From the NCBI GenBank assembly GCA_030390025.1, contig CM059452.1, positions 8,308,001-8,372,000 of the forward strand: a stretch of 64,000 nucleotides of DNA. The letters run 5' to 3'. The position numbers and the translations under genes were made by a program. Below are positions 63,599 to 64,000 of this stretch, piece after piece. The notes beneath the pieces were generated by a model. It worked only from the letters and a program-made list of their open reading frames with translations. It had not been told where the DNA came from and did not search any database. Position 1 is the stretch's first letter. Each line of letters begins with the position of its first letter. The stretch is from Squalus acanthias. Taxonomy: Eukaryota.

Positions 63599-63944
63599 AG
63601 TTTTTGTACAGGTCCAGCCCAGCTCCGTGTCTCTGTGGGGCTCAGTGCGCAGTAATACACCGCGGAGTCTGTCAGTTATGTTTCAGACACATTCAGCGGG
63701 ACGGTTCGGCTCGAATCATTGAGCTTCGCTGAAAAACGGACTCCTGGACGTGTCTCTTGTTGCTCGCCATATTTGCTTCTCTTCAGCAGATACTCTATGG
63801 ATCCGCTGGGATACTGACGGTACCAGAATAGATTAGGATCGCTGGTGCTTGTAGCTGTATAATTACAGTGCAACTGGACATCGTCTCCTTCACTGACTGT
63901 GGTTGCAGCCGGTGTCTGTGAAACGGAGTCTCCTCGAGAATGCC
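63599..63944 (-). pseudogene. Family-D V pseudogene (CAA to TAA in FR3); leader outside window
   Basis: VSET*LTDSAVYYCALS; RSS identical to the 48.2 kb copy. Confidence 0.85.
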
Positions 63945-64000
63945 CTGCAAGAGGCCAGAGTGATATTACATTAAACACTGTCACTTCATTGTGTCTATTT

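Noticed and set aside
1-64000. D, J or C segments; NAR-TCR double-V cassette
   Set aside because: No FGxG J motif with a 12-RSS, no RSS-flanked D and no C1-set exon found by eye

Overview
Vertebrate genomic DNA, almost certainly from a cartilaginous fish (shark): it carries a Deu-domain tRNA SINE, CR1-type LINEs and a Penelope-like fragment typical of elasmobranchs. The window is part of a germline T-cell receptor alpha/delta V-segment cluster. About 27 V exons lie on both strands, most with a phase-1 leader exon and a 3' 23-type RSS. Roughly 13 look functional; the rest are pseudogenes, RSS-dead segments or orphan leaders. No D, J or C segments were seen. The cluster is built from direct and inverted segmental duplications with interspersed minisatellites. 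The right end holds an apparently intact autonomous PIF/Harbinger transposon (DDE transposase plus a 3-exon Myb/SANT-like gene) and nested MITEs of the same family. Most notable observations: CTCF motifs fixed just downstream of V RSSs; a V family with a 24-bp RSS spacer; an intronless, near-invariant V family whose signal peptide seems to come from a former intron; a hammerhead-ribozyme element inserted in a V exon; and the Harbinger sitting exactly at the junction of two duplication blocks. Family labels A-E are my own. Coordinates were counted by hand and may be off by a few bases. There are two N gaps (21976-22268, 59518-59689).
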